Below, piece after piece: positions 12,579 through 25,974 of a DNA stretch of 64,000 nucleotides. The first letter of the stretch is position 1, and the number at the start of each line of letters is the position of its first letter. The translations under genes were made by a program, and so were the position numbers. Below the pieces are notes generated by a model that searched no databases, was not told the DNA's origin, and saw only the letters and a list, made by a program, of their open reading frames with translations. Source of the stretch: Microbotryum violaceum (lineage: Eukaryota); NCBI GenBank assembly GCA_001244265.2, contig CDLV01000005.1, positions 310,001 through 374,000 of the forward strand, in the 5' to 3' direction.

Positions 12579-15037
12579 TTACCTGGCCGCTTCAGAACCG
12601 AACATCAAATCGCGTTCCAAGTCATTCTTAGGCACTTCCTCATCGTGCGAGAAGGGTCGGTAGGATTGGACCGCCTCGGCGCCACCGGGGGATTGGAGAA
12701 TCTCCTCGCGGGAAGGAACGGGCAAGGCCGCGCTATCCTGTCGACGGGGAGCAGTGCCTTCGGTGCGAGTAGCGGGTTGAGCAGAGGGACGAACCTGGGT
12801 ACAAGGGTGGGTTGGGATAATAAGTCAGCCAACTATACGGTGAACTCAGGGCGTCACGGATGCAGCGAGGCCCCAGACACGAGCTAACCCAGGCTTTGAA
12901 ACTCACCATTCGCCTGAAGTTCTCTACCTCCTCGACAATCAAGGCCCGCATACCCTCAACCGAGTCTTCCTTCTCGAAGCCAAAGTCGAACTTCTGCGGG
13001 CACACGGGCTCGTCGCTCGGTTCGTGCCAAACGGCGAGGTAAGGGTGACGCAGGGCGTCCTCGCACGAGATGCGCTCGGTCGGGTCGAAGGCGAGCAACT
13101 TGGAGAGCATGTCGAGCGCCAAAGGGTTGGCATCGGGGAAGAGCTGCTCGAAAGGGACACCGTTCTTGTACGGCAAAGAGCGGATATAGTCTTGCGCCTG
13201 TCAGTTTGCGTGGGGTGTGATTCAGGGTCAGTCTCGGAGGACACGGGCTGGTCTCAGATAGGAAGACGGTTCGTACCCTGGGACTTCCGACTCGGCGGAG
13301 AGTGCGATCACTCGGCGTTCCGAGGAAATGGAGGACAATGTTGAGTTGATCGATGTAGTCCTTGCCCTTGAAGATGGGTCGACCACCGAGGAGCTCAGCG
13401 AGCACGCAACCAATACTCCAGACGTCGACTGCAAAGATAGTGGAAATCAATCACAGTCAGACACTGTCATCCACACGGCCAAAGAGACCGTACTGAAGAC
13501 TCAACTGGCTGTGGTGTAGTTGGCGAACGAGAGCATGATCTCGGGCGCACGGTACCAACGCGTAGCAACATACCTGTGCGGAGTGCATCACGACGTCAGT
13601 ATACAGCCGACGATAGCATCACGTCATCACTCACTCGGTCATGAACCCAGCGGCACCTTGCGCCGCCAACTCGGGGTCGGTCTCGAAACCACGGGCCAAA
13701 CCGAAATCGCAAATCTTGAGCTCGCAGTCGGCATTGACCTGTGGAGCGATGAGATGGTACTGTTCAGTGGTCCGGCTGAACGTAGTGTATTATGCTCGGT
13801 GTGTGAGCTTACGAGAAGGTTCCCTGGCTTGAGATCACGGTGCAAGACGTGCGCCGAGTGGATGTACTAGTAAAAGGGTAGACAGGCAAGAATGATCAAC
13901 TCGGTGTCAAGAGATCTCCTGCTGATAGCGTACACCGCGACGCACCTTGAGACCGCAGAGGGTTTGGTAGATGAAACTCTGGAAATGTGCATCCGAAAGG
14001 GGTTGTCCCGAACGAATCTAAAGACCATGACAGAAGCCAGTGAGTCCTCGGATTGCCGCGCAGTCGGACGTCTCGGAGTGTGAGACTCACGATGGCGTGC
14101 AAATCGGCTTCCATCAACTCCTCGTACAGGTAGCTGTGGTACCAGAGAGGGAAGAGTCAATATCAGATCGAGCTCTGCGATAGGTCTCGGCTTCATCAAC
14201 CTACACCGAGTCGAATCCGACGGGGTCGACGAGATCCATGTCATAAAGGCACGTGATCTAACAGCGGAACGACGGCCACAGTCAGTCTACGGTGCTCGGC
14301 TAAGGCGCAGACGACTGCACCTTTGACCCACGTTCTTGTGGCCCCGGAAATGATGCAGGAGCCTGTTGATTGGGGCACGTGATGGCAGAATATCAGCTCC
14401 TTTACGCAACTATCGACTCGGGCGGATCTCGGATTTTGAGGAAACTGACTTCAACTCTCGCAAGGCGCGCTTGGTAAGGATCTTCTTCTGGAAAACTTTG
14501 GTGACCTAGTGTATCGATGTGGAGACGGGCGCGGGTGAGTTCCGGAAACTGGTTGCCGCATGCACAGCTCCTATTCGTTTGATCTAGACGAGCGGGTTGA
14601 GGGCTGACCTTTTTGATGGCGACGGATTCGCCGGTCACGGTGCTCTTGGCCGAGCAGACGACACCATAAGCACCTGTGGATGGATCGGACATCATGATCA
14701 ATAGGTATTGCTTTTTGGGTCCGATTCGGCGACTGTGAGGCTGGGCAAGGCGGGGCTCGGCAAGGTAAGTGGGGTGCACAAGGCACGACCTCTTACCCCG
14801 CCTCTCATCCTTAACGTGACTCGAGAGGTGTCGTAGGTGGTTTGGCGGTCATTCCTGTTCGGTATGCTTGCAGCCCAAGAAGTGCGCGCATACGGTCCAA
14901 AGATGAAGCTTACCCTGGCCCAATTCCTTGACGAACTCGTAGGTGCTGTCGACGAGGAACGACTCGCTCAGGACGGGGAACGCGTGGCGCTGCACGCGGT
15001 GCACCGACGAGGCATGGCTGTTGGCTGCGGACGACAT
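12579..15037 (-). CDS. MPK1: Cell-wall-integrity MAP kinase (Slt2/Mpk1 type, TEY)
   Basis: Motifs [76 protein letters not shown] and [18 protein letters not shown]. The last exon ends ...[12 protein letters not shown] (TAA at 12579-12581). Confidence 0.93.
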
Positions 15038-15754
15038 CGTGTAGAAGAACACAGGAGTTGCTGGGGATAAGAAGTAAGAAGAGGATAGAGGGGACGACGG
15101 GTCGAGGACGAGGACGAGAGCCAAGAACAGCAGCGCGAGTCCACCGCCTGCCACTTTGTGCTTCCGGCCTGTCTCGCGCGCTCGATCGCTCGGGCCGGGG
15201 CTCGGATTGGGACGAGACCCTTTCCACTTTGGGAAGGAGAATGCACATACGATGAAATTCGCCGTATTGCTAAGAGCGTGCAAGCAGCACACACACACCG
15301 TAGAAACTATTCTCGTCATCACCGAACCAACCAGAGAGTTAATCTTGCAATACGAACCCTCACGGACGGCCGGGGCGATTGTTGCCGGTAGAACTTGTCG
15401 CTTGTCGGGCCGCCCCTGCCTCCTGAATTCCGATCCTGGACTCGGATCGCGAAGCATTTAAACTGATCGACAGCGTCGCTGATACTCGGCCATTAGGAGT
15501 CTCGGACACCGCGGGTATCTCACTTGAAGATTGGAGCTTTCACTTTCCAAGGCCATGAAAAAAGGTTCTGAGGCGTCATCAAGGTACAGGAGTCGCCGAG
15601 TAATTGAGGAAAAAGGTCGGCGCGGGAGGAGCAAGGAGCAAGGAAGAGGTCCGAGCTCAATTCCCCGCCCGAACTTGCGAAAGGCGCGCAAAGCGGCGTC
15701 GACCCGAGTGCGGCCCTGCCTTTCCACACACCCCACCACGCACCTGCTGCAACC

Positions 15755-17513
15755 ATGTCGTCCGTCATCTCGCTCCCCATCACCCTCGGTGCCCCACCCA
15801 AGGGCTACAAGGCCCCCGCATTCAAGCCTTTGTCGGGTACGTCCCCCCGCCCGCTGAATTTCCGCTTCACATGGGCCCCTTTTTTCCTCGCGCTTTGGCT
15901 CCGCACTCACGCACCTTCTTTCATCATGCAGCTGCCTCTACCTCGTCCAAGATCTTCCCCGCCGGACCTGCTTTCAACGCCCATGCTCGTCGGGCCTTGA
16001 ACCAGCACTCGTTCGACGACGACGACGCCGCGCTCTCTGCCGAAGCGGTTAAGAACGGCAAGCAGGTCGAGGAGGAAGACGACGTCGATGCCCACCTCGG
16101 CAACGAAAAGGAGGATAAGGAGATCCTTCAGTCCGACCCCAGGCAGTGGAAGTCGCAGGACCACTACGAGGTCCTCGGTCTTCAGAGCCTGCGCTACAAG
16201 GCCACCGATGAGCAGATCAAGAAGGCTCGTGAGTAGAACGGGCCCGTGGCATCGTTCCTGCCGATCCGCGTCCTAAGTCCTGTCATCTTGGTCTTCAGAC
16301 CGCCGCAAGGTGTTGCGTCATCACCCCGACAAGAAGGCTTCGGCCGGTGGTTTGGCCAACGACGACTCGTTCTTCAAGTGCATTGCCAAGGGTAAGGTCC
16401 CAAAGAAAGAGACCCCCGAACCTCCGACGGACACTGATCACTCTACGGACTCCCGTACATTAGCCATGGAACAACTTTCCAACCCTGAAAAGCGTCGTCA
16501 ATTTGACTCCGTCGACGAGGCTATTCCCGACGACATCCCCGAAGTCAAGGAGACCACCGCCGAGAACTTCTACGAGCTTTGGGGCCCCGTCTTTGAACGC
16601 GAAGGTCGCTTCTCCAAGGTCCAGCCGGTCCCTAGCTTGGGCAACAAGGACACGCCAAGGAAGGAGGTCGAGGCATTGTACGACTTTTTCTACAACATCG
16701 ACAGTTGGAGGTCGTTCGAGTACCTTGACAAGGATGCGCCCGAGGGTACTGACTCGTAAGTTTTCGCGTTTCACATGGGGATCAATGAGACCCGGTGTGG
16801 CATTAATATGCTTCTGGCGTATGTGTTACAGTCGTGACGAAAAGCGCCATCAAGAGAAGAAGAATAAGGCCGAGCGAGCACGCAAAAAGAAGGAGGACAT
16901 CGCCCGCGTTCGTGAGCTCACCGATCGAGCCCTCTCGCTCGACCCTAGGATTAAGCAATTCAAGGCTGAGGAGAAGGCGGCGCGCGCGGCCAAGAAGGGA
17001 GGTGTCTCCGGTGTCAGCCCCGCTGACTTGGAGAAGAAGAAGGAGGAAGAGCAGAAGGCCAAGGAGGAGGAGGCCAAGAAGGCCGCTGAGGAGGCACAAA
17101 AGGCCGCGGATGACAAGGTTTCGCGAGAGGCCGCCAAGAAGGCTAAGGCTGCGTAAGGCCTACCATGTTTCTACGTGTTGACGTGACTAAAGTACCCATT
17201 CTGATCTCCTGTTGTTCTTCTGCTTCACAGTGCCCAAAAGAACGTCAAGAAGGCGCAAAAGGCCATCTCGGCGCTCGTCACTTCCAACGACTACTTCGTC
17301 GCAACCGGCTCTTCCCCCTCCCCCGCCATCGTCGAAGGTCAACTCACCGAGCTCGACTTGCTCTACGGTGCCCTCGATGCCGAACAAGTCGCCGAGTTTC
17401 GCACCGAGGCCGAGGCCCAATCCTCGCCGGAGAAGATCAAGGGCGTCATCACGAGCTGGGCTAAGAAGGTCGAGGCCAAGGTTGGAGAGGGCAAGTTCAA
17501 GCAGTTTGCTTGA
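15755..17513 (+). CDS. ZUO1: Zuotin, ribosome-associated J-protein (RAC subunit)
   Basis: Motifs QSDPRQWKSQDHYEVLGL, J-domain HPDK, DDSFFKCIAK, PVFEREGRFSK, FFYNIDSWRSFEYLD and RDEKRHQEKKNKAER, followed by a charged middle domain. Stop TGA at 17511-17513. Confidence 0.96.
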
Positions 17514-17789
17514 ACGAGGCTCGTGCCCAAATAAATGGGTAGACAGGGCTTCGAGTTGATCTTATGATTTAATCAAGAAAGTCAACCCAAGGGCACTGCC
17601 TAGACATCCTCCGAGATCAGTTTATGAGATCATGAAAGCTGAGAAAGCAGATATCTTGGTTACAACAAACGCATGGCATCGTATCTCGTCCACGCCATGC
17701 GCTACACAACAGTACTATCTACTGATCATCTACGGAACCCATGAAAGCACCCGAAACTGATTGGCTCGACACCAACGAAGAAAGCCCCA

Positions 17790-20700
17790 TCACCCCCTCC
17801 AGTCCCAAATCGGGCCTCCAGCACCACCGCCGCCACCACCGCCGCCACCACCACCGCCACCACCACCGCCACCACCACCGCCACTGTTTATCCCACGCGA
17901 CACGCTGTACATACCCTCAGAATTTGGTCCGGTTTTGAGCTGCTGACTAGACACATGAAGATTGGGATCGAACGGCATCGTCGACGCCCATGCAGCAGGG
18001 TGGAAGCCACCGGTCGCAAAGTTCGTGAACGTCGCGAGCGACGGTACACCGTCATTAGCCGCACCCGTCAGAAACATGGATGGATCAAAGGCCTGGTGCA
18101 TCGTGTTGGGGAGCGATGTGGAGCCGTTCAACTGAGGCTGTTGGAGGCGATGATCGGTGAATGCCAAAGGCGAGGACGCGAAAGCTGCGGAAACGGATGA
18201 TGGTGGAGCCGTTGATGACGAGAACGGTGCAGGCGACCTGAAAGAGGCGTCGAACATGGCTTCGTACGACGTCTCGTCGAGATAGGTGGGTTGAGTTGCA
18301 GGTACGAGGACCGGCGAGTCGAACGGGGTGTAAAGTTCTCTCGCTGCGCTGGCCACATGATCACCTTGGGGCATCGCGCGTGGGGATAGAGGGGGTAGGA
18401 CCGTGGCGTTCACCCGTGGAAGTTGGTTGGCGTGTGTCGGGTGATTCGGTTGACTCGCCGTAGGGGACGGTGTTTCCACCGCCGAAGCCCCCGATCGACG
18501 CTTGGGCTTGCGATTTAGTCGAGTCGTCGTACCCAGAATCGACAACTCCGCATCCGTCCCCTTTCCTTTTGCGAGGTAGTCGCTAACTTGAGTCCGAGGT
18601 ATACCGGCCGGAACCGAGTGGGCGGCCTGCAGACTCTCAAAGGCGGCGTCCCGCAGAGCGTGAAGACGAGGGACAAACATCGCCACGGGGGCACCTCCGC
18701 CCGCCGCCGTCTCAAAGACGTCGATCGCAATCATGAGCTGCGTCCACGAATGCCGAGCCAATTTGGAATTGGGCGATTGAATCACGATAGAGGACTGGGC
18801 ACAGGCCGCCGCGAATGCCTGCGAGAATTCAGCAGATGCGGTCAGCGCCAGATCGCCGTCCAACCTTTCCCATGTGATTTCACTCACATGAAAGGTCGGA
18901 TGCCACCAACGAGGAGCAAGGGTCGGATGGAGATTGACCCACGCTCGGGCGATGGCCAGCATGTAAACTCCAGTCTCAAGGGCGACGACAGCGACTGATT
19001 CGGCCCACGGGGACAACAAGGGCTCGTCCGGGAACAGCTTCAAGGCTTGACGTAGCGCCGGCAGGTGGAGATAGAAGAAGATCTGCGAATAGATCATATC
19101 AAGCGTGTGTTGCCGCATGCGAGTCTTGAGCGGCGCAGACGAGGCTACAGGTTCAGGCAATTCGGGAGGGTCGCTCGGCCGAACGACGAAAGCGTCCATT
19201 GGCAAAGCACCAGAGCGCAGATCTTTGGGCGACTCTTCAAACATTTTGCGCAATTCCTGGTCCAATGCCAGCACGGTGGAGTATGCCGGGCTGACGACAG
19301 AGAAGCATTCGTCGATGACCCTCGCAATAAAGTTTCCCGTGCGCCACTTGTCGACATGATACGGTTCAGCCGATGAGGGGAACTTGGTGTCGAAATGATT
19401 CGGTGACATCATATATGGCCGACCGCTGATGAAAGCTTGCATCCGCTCAAGGGTTATGAGCTCGTAGAACGTCATTCTGCGACGTGACAGTCAACACTCC
19501 AGTCAGTCTAGTCCACACAGTGACCAAGTGGCAGACACCAATACAGCTCACCTTCTCTTGTCAAGCTCTGCCCCGTCCATTCCCCATTGACTCCCATCGC
19601 GATGAAGGCCCATGGCGACGAGCATCCGAAGAGCCATCCCGAGCAACGGGAAAAACGTCTCCCCGCCCTCCTGCAAATCGTGTGTATTTAATAGGAACGA
19701 GGCCGTGAGTTGCAGTGTTTGAACGCCGGCAAGAGTATTGTTGCTCAGAAACTTGGAAGCCGAAAGCGCCGATTGCGACAGCTGGAAGTAGTGGTGGGCT
19801 AGCGCGTTCGGTGTCGACGGGACACGTGGATCCATCAGGGAGCCGAGGGAGAGGACGATGAAGACGAAGGCGAGCTTTGTGCCAGCCGAGTTTCCCGTGG
19901 TCAATGCGGCGGGGAGATAATCATTGAAGAATGCCTCTTCTTCAACGGGCTCGAACTGAAAAGAGAGAAATTCGTAATAGTTCTTCACAAGTTGCTTGAG
20001 TTCGGCCGCGGCTGGAAGGAACGCTCTCAATCGCTCGAGCTCGTGGGTCCGCGAGTAGTAGGCGTGGAGCTGGATGAAGGGTGCTCGCACCTCTTGCGAA
20101 GCACGTTCGGGTGACGATGCGCTATCCGACTCATCTGAGCTGCCACCATCGTCCTGTTTCAGAAGGATCCGAAGGAGAGAGTGAGTTTTAAAGGTGCAGG
20201 CGTCGCCCGCAGTCGAAGAATGGTGGGGCTCCCGGCCTGATGGGCATTCACCTCAAAGTAGTACGCAGGACCGGCAGACGTTCCCAAGTACCTCACTCGG
20301 CCATCGTCTTCCCGAATCGACAACGAGCCAACGCCTGGCAACACAGCCTCGACCCCTGCCGCCTCGATATGTGTTTCGGATGCCCTCGAGCCGCCAAAAT
20401 CGTCCATCGTGTCGTCCCCTTCGCCATCGGCTTCGGTCGCATTCGAATTTTTGTTCAGGCTCCTTCCAGTGAACTCGAGTGTGAGCGGAGAAGGGATCCG
20501 GTCTGTGGCCCCGACGTCTTGGAGAGCGGCCTCGAGGTCCTCGCACCGCTTGAGCAAGGCGTTCATCTCGGCGTTGAGTCGGATTGCCCGCCCCGGGGGC
20601 TTGGAGACGCCGTGACTGCACCGAAAAGTAAAACATGAGCCGTACTGATGCTTGAAAGTGCGAACAAAAGTGTCCGAGCTCGACCGAGCGCTGGTGGCCC

Positions 20701-21178
20701 AATTCCAAGCTCGATGAAGATGTGGAATTGGATCTACATGGAGGTGTGGAGGGCTGCCAGCCGACTTACGGGCATAGATCTGCGCGCCCCCGCTTGCGGC
20801 ATTGGTTGCATGGCCACACCCGGTCGCACTTGAGCTTGAGCCTGGATCATTCAAAGTGGAAGGGGGCTCAACTCCAACTCGAGACGAAAGGAGCCATGCA
20901 TAGCCCCTGTAAACTGGTCCACACGCGCTGCCAGAGCCAGAGCCAGAGCTGGAGCAAATGATAAGCTCGCGAGAGGAGCCACCGCCGCGAGGAACGTACC
21001 TGCGGCATTCCTGACAGGACATGTGCGTCTTGGAGCGCTTGGATGACTTGCTGATGGCGGCTGCTGAGCCTGATCCTGAGCCGAGTGGGCTGTGGAGCGG
21101 CTCATCCGCCGGCGACGGGAGCACCGACGCTGCCGACGTCGAAGTCGAGCCCGAGGCCGGTGGTAGGCCAAACTCCAT
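17790..21178 (-). CDS. Zn(II)2Cys6 fungal transcription factor with middle homology region
   Basis: Spliced cluster SKRSKTHMSCQECRR|LKLKCDRVWPCNQCRKRGCADLCP|HG is followed by a coiled coil (EMNALLKRCEDLEAAL). The fungal-specific TF motif ALRMLVAMGLHRDGSQW...ELDKRR is present, then a Pro/Ser-rich tail and a poly-Gly run. Confidence 0.93.
17824..17883 (-). repeat. Imperfect (GGT/GGC)20 trinucleotide repeat encoding poly-glycine
   Basis: On the + strand, ccaccgccgccaccaccgccgcc... In frame in the last TF exon: NS-G20-AGGPIWDWRG*. Confidence 0.9.
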
Positions 21179-22028
21179 ACAGACGATCAGACGTCAATGC
21201 GTCAATCACGGGGCCACGACAACGGGTTCGATTCGGGATCAACGACCGCAGCAGCTAGGGGGTCGAGCCTGGTGCAGGTGCTGCCGCGGCTCGAGCAATC
21301 TAGTCAAGGGGGCAATTCTGACCGCGGAAATGGTCACGGGGTCGAGAAGCAACTCCGCCGGGAGTTCAAGAACGTTCAGGGCTGGCAGCTGTCTCGGAAG
21401 GTGGGCAAGACGGTTTCGATCGGGGCCACTGGAAGCGTCAAGAGCGCCGGGTGAATGGGCTTAGCGCAAACTCTTCTTGATTTTCTAATAACGTGGCAGC
21501 TCGCCCCACAAAGGTGAGCAGTTGCGCAATTTATGGCGCACAGACCAAAAGTGCCAAAGCTGCCGACCCCTCGGACCCGCTCAGACCATTTTCCAGACCG
21601 ATCTCAGACCGAATCAGAGCATTCCAGAGGGAATTTTGACCATTCTGGTGGATCTCAGCGGCACTCAGGAGCTCAGGAGGGAACGAACATTCAACAGAAA
21701 TATGTATGGAAAAATTTGACGGGAGCGTTTGGTATATGCTGTAGTACCTTCAAGATGCTGGTTCAGGCGGTGTCAGACCGCATCCGTCTGAGCGCCGCTC
21801 TTCAACAGACTGATCATGAGGGCGTCCGACTTAAGAGGTCTGATGATTCACTCGTTTCTAGACAGTTTCACTAGGTAGGAGGGTAGGACTGCAATTACAC
21901 GATACAAATATGGAAAAAATGATCTAAGAACAAAGTAAATTGTAACCCAAGGAAGAAGTACATGCTCAAACACACAGATGGAACAAAATTCAATGTCTAT
22001 ATTGAAAGAGTCTGCGCCGCTGGCTCGT

Positions 22029-25000
22029 TCACCACTCCAGTTTGTTCGAGCCACATCCACTACCGTTCTCGTGCTTGATCGCACAGTCATTACTAGCCGC
22101 TAATCTTTCCTCATCCAACTCTCCTGAAGGTCCCACAATCTCGATCGCCGTAGCCGAGTTCCGTCCCAGCGCCTCGGCCGTCGCCTTGCGGACCATCCAT
22201 TTGGTCGAGCCGATCAGCGCGTCGAGCTCCTCGGCGGGGGGCAATTTGACGAACAAATCCTCGCCTTCGTTCTTGACCTCGAACGCGAGCACCTTGTATT
22301 CTTCGTCGTTTGTGCATTCTCCCGTGTCGAGGCGGAAGTTGCGTTTGTGCAGCGGGCACGAGACGTAGAGGTTGCCATTGGCGTCTAGCGTCGGATGAAG
22401 ACTTCCCGTCAGCGAATATTCGGCATATGCACAGCAAGTATTAAACCCACTCACCATCTCCGATGATACCGTGTTCGAGTACAAAAGCACGCTTGTGAGG
22501 GCACATTTGCTGTGTAGCGAAATAGCCTCGTTTGGGAACGTGGAAAATTGCGAGCTGGGTGTCTTGCCCATATCGAACCGCCGCACTCCTGTTCGGGGTC
22601 ACAAAGCCGAGGTCGAGAATCACGTTCGTTTTAGACATCACATTCACCTAGTGATTCGTTCCCGAAGTGGAAACTTAGGTACAATCACTCACGTTGTGTT
22701 GGCCTCTGTGGGCATGAGGTCCTGCGTCGTAGCAAGATTGACCCACTCCCATTCCGAGCGAGGGGTCGGCACCTCGTTGTCCTCGAATCGCTTGGCGGGA
22801 AAGTTCTTGGGCCAGTCGGCGGGTCGATTCTGACCACGCTCGGTAATCGGCTCAATCCCGACGCGCCTCTCGTCGGTGTTGGCGAATTGCTTGAAGGACT
22901 TGCGCAGTTCGGGATGGGTGATAGCCGCAGCCCATTCGTCCTTGTAAGTGCCGATAAGCGCGTCCATCTCTCGGTCCAAGTCACCGCAGATGCCAAGCTC
23001 ATCGTCGAGGAGAATCTTCTTGAGCTTTTCGATACCTCCATCAAATTTTTCGACCCAGGGTGCCGTGCGCACCAAACGATCGGCGGTACGGATGTAGAAC
23101 ATGAGGAAGCGATCGATGATGCGAACGACCTTGGTCGGCGGGACATCCTTGGCGAACAGATGGGCATGGCGAGGATTAGCTCCACCATTTCCACCAATAA
23201 AGACTGCATATTTTGGTGAGACAGGTCTCATTAATTCGAATAGATCATTAGGACAAGTCTTCGGATCGGGGAACTCACCATTCCATCCTTTGTCGGTTGC
23301 GATGAGGCCAAAGTCCTTTGACTGGGCCTCGGCGCACTCGCGCACACATCCACTGACTCCTCCCTTGAACTTGTGGGGCGATCGCACACCTCGGTAGCGG
23401 TTCTCAAGGTCGATCGCAAGTCCGACCGAATCCCCGACACCATAGCGGCACCAGGTGGTTCCCACACACGACTTGACTGTTCGCAGTGATTTACCGTATG
23501 CGTGACCCGACTCGAAACCAGCGGCGATCAGCTTCTCCCAGATGTCGGGCAAGTCGCGCTTCTGTGCACCGAAGAGGTCGATACGCTGGCCACCGGTGAT
23601 CTTAGTATATAGTCCATACTCCTTGGCGACCTGACCCAAAGCGATCAACTTCTCGGGCGTCACTTCACCACCGGCCATGCGCGGCACGACGGAGAAGGTG
23701 CCGTTGCGTTGGATATTGGCCAAGAAACGATCGTTGGTATCCTGAAGACCATGATGTTGCGGTAGCATGACGTGTTCGTTGTAGAGCGAGGAGAGAATCG
23801 ATGCGACAGCGGGCTTGCAAATCTCGCACCCCTGACGATCCTTGCCCGCACCGACCGTTGCGATAATGGTTGCAAAGTCGCGCAGCTGCTTGATCTTGAC
23901 CACTTGGAAAAGATCGGTACGGCCCATCTTGAAGTGGGTGCAGAGGTCGTTGTTGGCCGCGTGACCGGCTTTCTTCATTTCGGCCTTGAAGATGCTCGTC
24001 GCGAGTGGGACGCAGCCACCGCAGCCCGCGCCCACCTTGGTCTTGGACTTCAGCGTCGCAAAGTCAGTGCACCCGTCTTTGATACAAGCTCCGATGGCAC
24101 CCTTGAGCACATTCTGTATTGTAACATTGAAATACAAAATGTATCAGTTGGGATGCTGTCTGGCTAGCTGATATAGCTAGGTACTGACATGGCAGGAGCA
24201 GATTTGCGCATCATCGTCCAGATCGGCACCATCATCCTCGCCTTCCTTCTTGGCGCCCATGATGAACTCGGACGGGGGGCAATCGAGCTTCTTCTTCTTC
24301 TTGACGATTGAGACCATCTTGGTGAAGGAAGCGACGTCGCCGATCATGATCCCGCCGAGTAGATGGGTGCCATCGGCCGTGAAAATGTACTTCTTGTACG
24401 TCGACGAAAAGGGATCGTGGTAGGTCAAGCATTTGATGGGATCGTTCTTGGTGTCTCGAGGCCCTTTCTTTCGTCGACTAGGCTTGCTCGAAGCAATTTC
24501 GACACCCACCTCGACCTTTTTCTTCTCGGCAGCCTCGATGTCCTTGACCATGCGCTCGTCCGCAAAGTAGTCACCGAAAGAAGCGACGTCGACACCCATC
24601 AGCTTGAGCTTGGTGGAGAGATCGGGATCGTTCATCTTTCGAGGCGCATGGCCCGCTGTTTGAGTCTGTTGAACCGAACCGAATTGTGACAGTGAGCAAC
24701 TGGCACTGGTATCAAGTGACTCCGAAAGGAGCTTACGAGGTTGAATGCCAGAATATCGGCCATCTCCACCCCGGGGGCGATCAGGCCATAAGTCTTCCAA
24801 CAGGAAGCGATGTCAGTACCAAGTCACAAGGTTCGCATCGAAAACTACCCAGGATATCACTCACATTGCCTCTCCAGCTGGCGCATTCACCGATAGCGTA
24901 GATGTCTTGCTCGCTGGTCATCAAGTCGTCGCCAACGTCTATACCCCCTCTTCGTGCGCACCGAATCCCGCTCGCTGCGGCAAGGTCGTCCCGCGACTTG

Positions 25001-25974
25001 ATTCCGATAGCAAAGATCGTCAAGTCACTCTCAATGTGCTCGCCGTCACTTGTGGTGAAACCAGTGAAGACCTCTTGACCATTCTCGTCGGTCCGGGTTG
25101 TGATCGCTTGGGGTTCGCACTGTGTCAGGACTTTGACCCCCATGTTTTCAATCTTGCGCAGCACCAACTCGCCCGCAGAAGGATCGAGCTGACGATTCAA
25201 GGGGTAGTTCTGGCGGATCAAGATGGAGACGTCGGGAACACCGGGCATATCGTACACTGCCTTGGCGGCCTCGAGACCAAGTAGACCACCTCCGACGACC
25301 GAAGCCCGACTGATGTGGGGCAACTCGGCGTAGTCCATGATCGACTCGAGGTCGGCGATGTTGCGGTAGACAAACACACCGGTCGTCTTCTCGGCTTGCT
25401 CGATCGAGACGTAGGGTGGGAGACCTGCTCCAGAGCCGGTGGCGAGGACGAGGATGTTGTACGAAAAGGTGTTACCCCGGGACGTGCTGACCGTCTTGGA
25501 CTTTGAGTCGATCAAAGTGACTTGTTCCCCAACGTGGAAGGCGAATCGATCGGGTTCTTGTTCCGCGTACCAATTCGGGTCATTCAGGTACAGATCTTCA
25601 ACGTTGCGGTGTTGAAAATACTCGGTCAGCCCGACTCGGTTGTAGGCCAGGTGCTTCTCCTCGCCACAGGTTCGGATGAAGTAGCGCTTGTCTTGATCAA
25701 GATTGAGCACTTTTTCAATGAAGGCTGTGAAGGAGGTTGCGCAACAGAGTCAATACAAGGCCCTCTTCACTCCAGCACTTCGGATCTCGTGGTCCGATGC
25801 CGTTATGCGACCGAGATTTCACTGTCACTCGGCGACTTTCGAGGCTTTGGACCGGGTGGGGCACAGGAGGAGCTAGTACGACTTACCAATGCCAACCATG
25901 CCGAGTCCGACCACAAAAATCTGGATCCTGTTCGTCTTGGGGACATGGGTCGTGGAATTTGCGATTGGGACCAT
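22029..25974 (-). CDS. niiA: Assimilatory NAD(P)H nitrite reductase (FAD, [2Fe-2S], siroheme-[4Fe-4S], C-terminal Rieske-like domain)
   Basis: Motifs FVVGLGMVG, LAYNRVGLTEYF, VVGGGLLGLEAA, ICSCHNV, GAGCGGCVP, GCEICKP, TVKSCVGTTWCRYG, GGVSGCVRECAEAQ and Rieske QQMCPHKRAF...SCPLHKRNF. ATG at 25974 (MVPIANST). Confidence 0.97.

Noticed and set aside
14849-15457. N-terminal extension of the MAPK from upstream in-frame ATGs
   Set aside because: The upstream part reads as pyrimidine-rich 5' UTR or promoter. The ATG at 15037 gives a normal Slt2-like N-terminus.
17741-17946. Poly-His and poly-Pro ORFs on the + strand
   Set aside because: They are alternative readings of the TF poly-Gly repeat.
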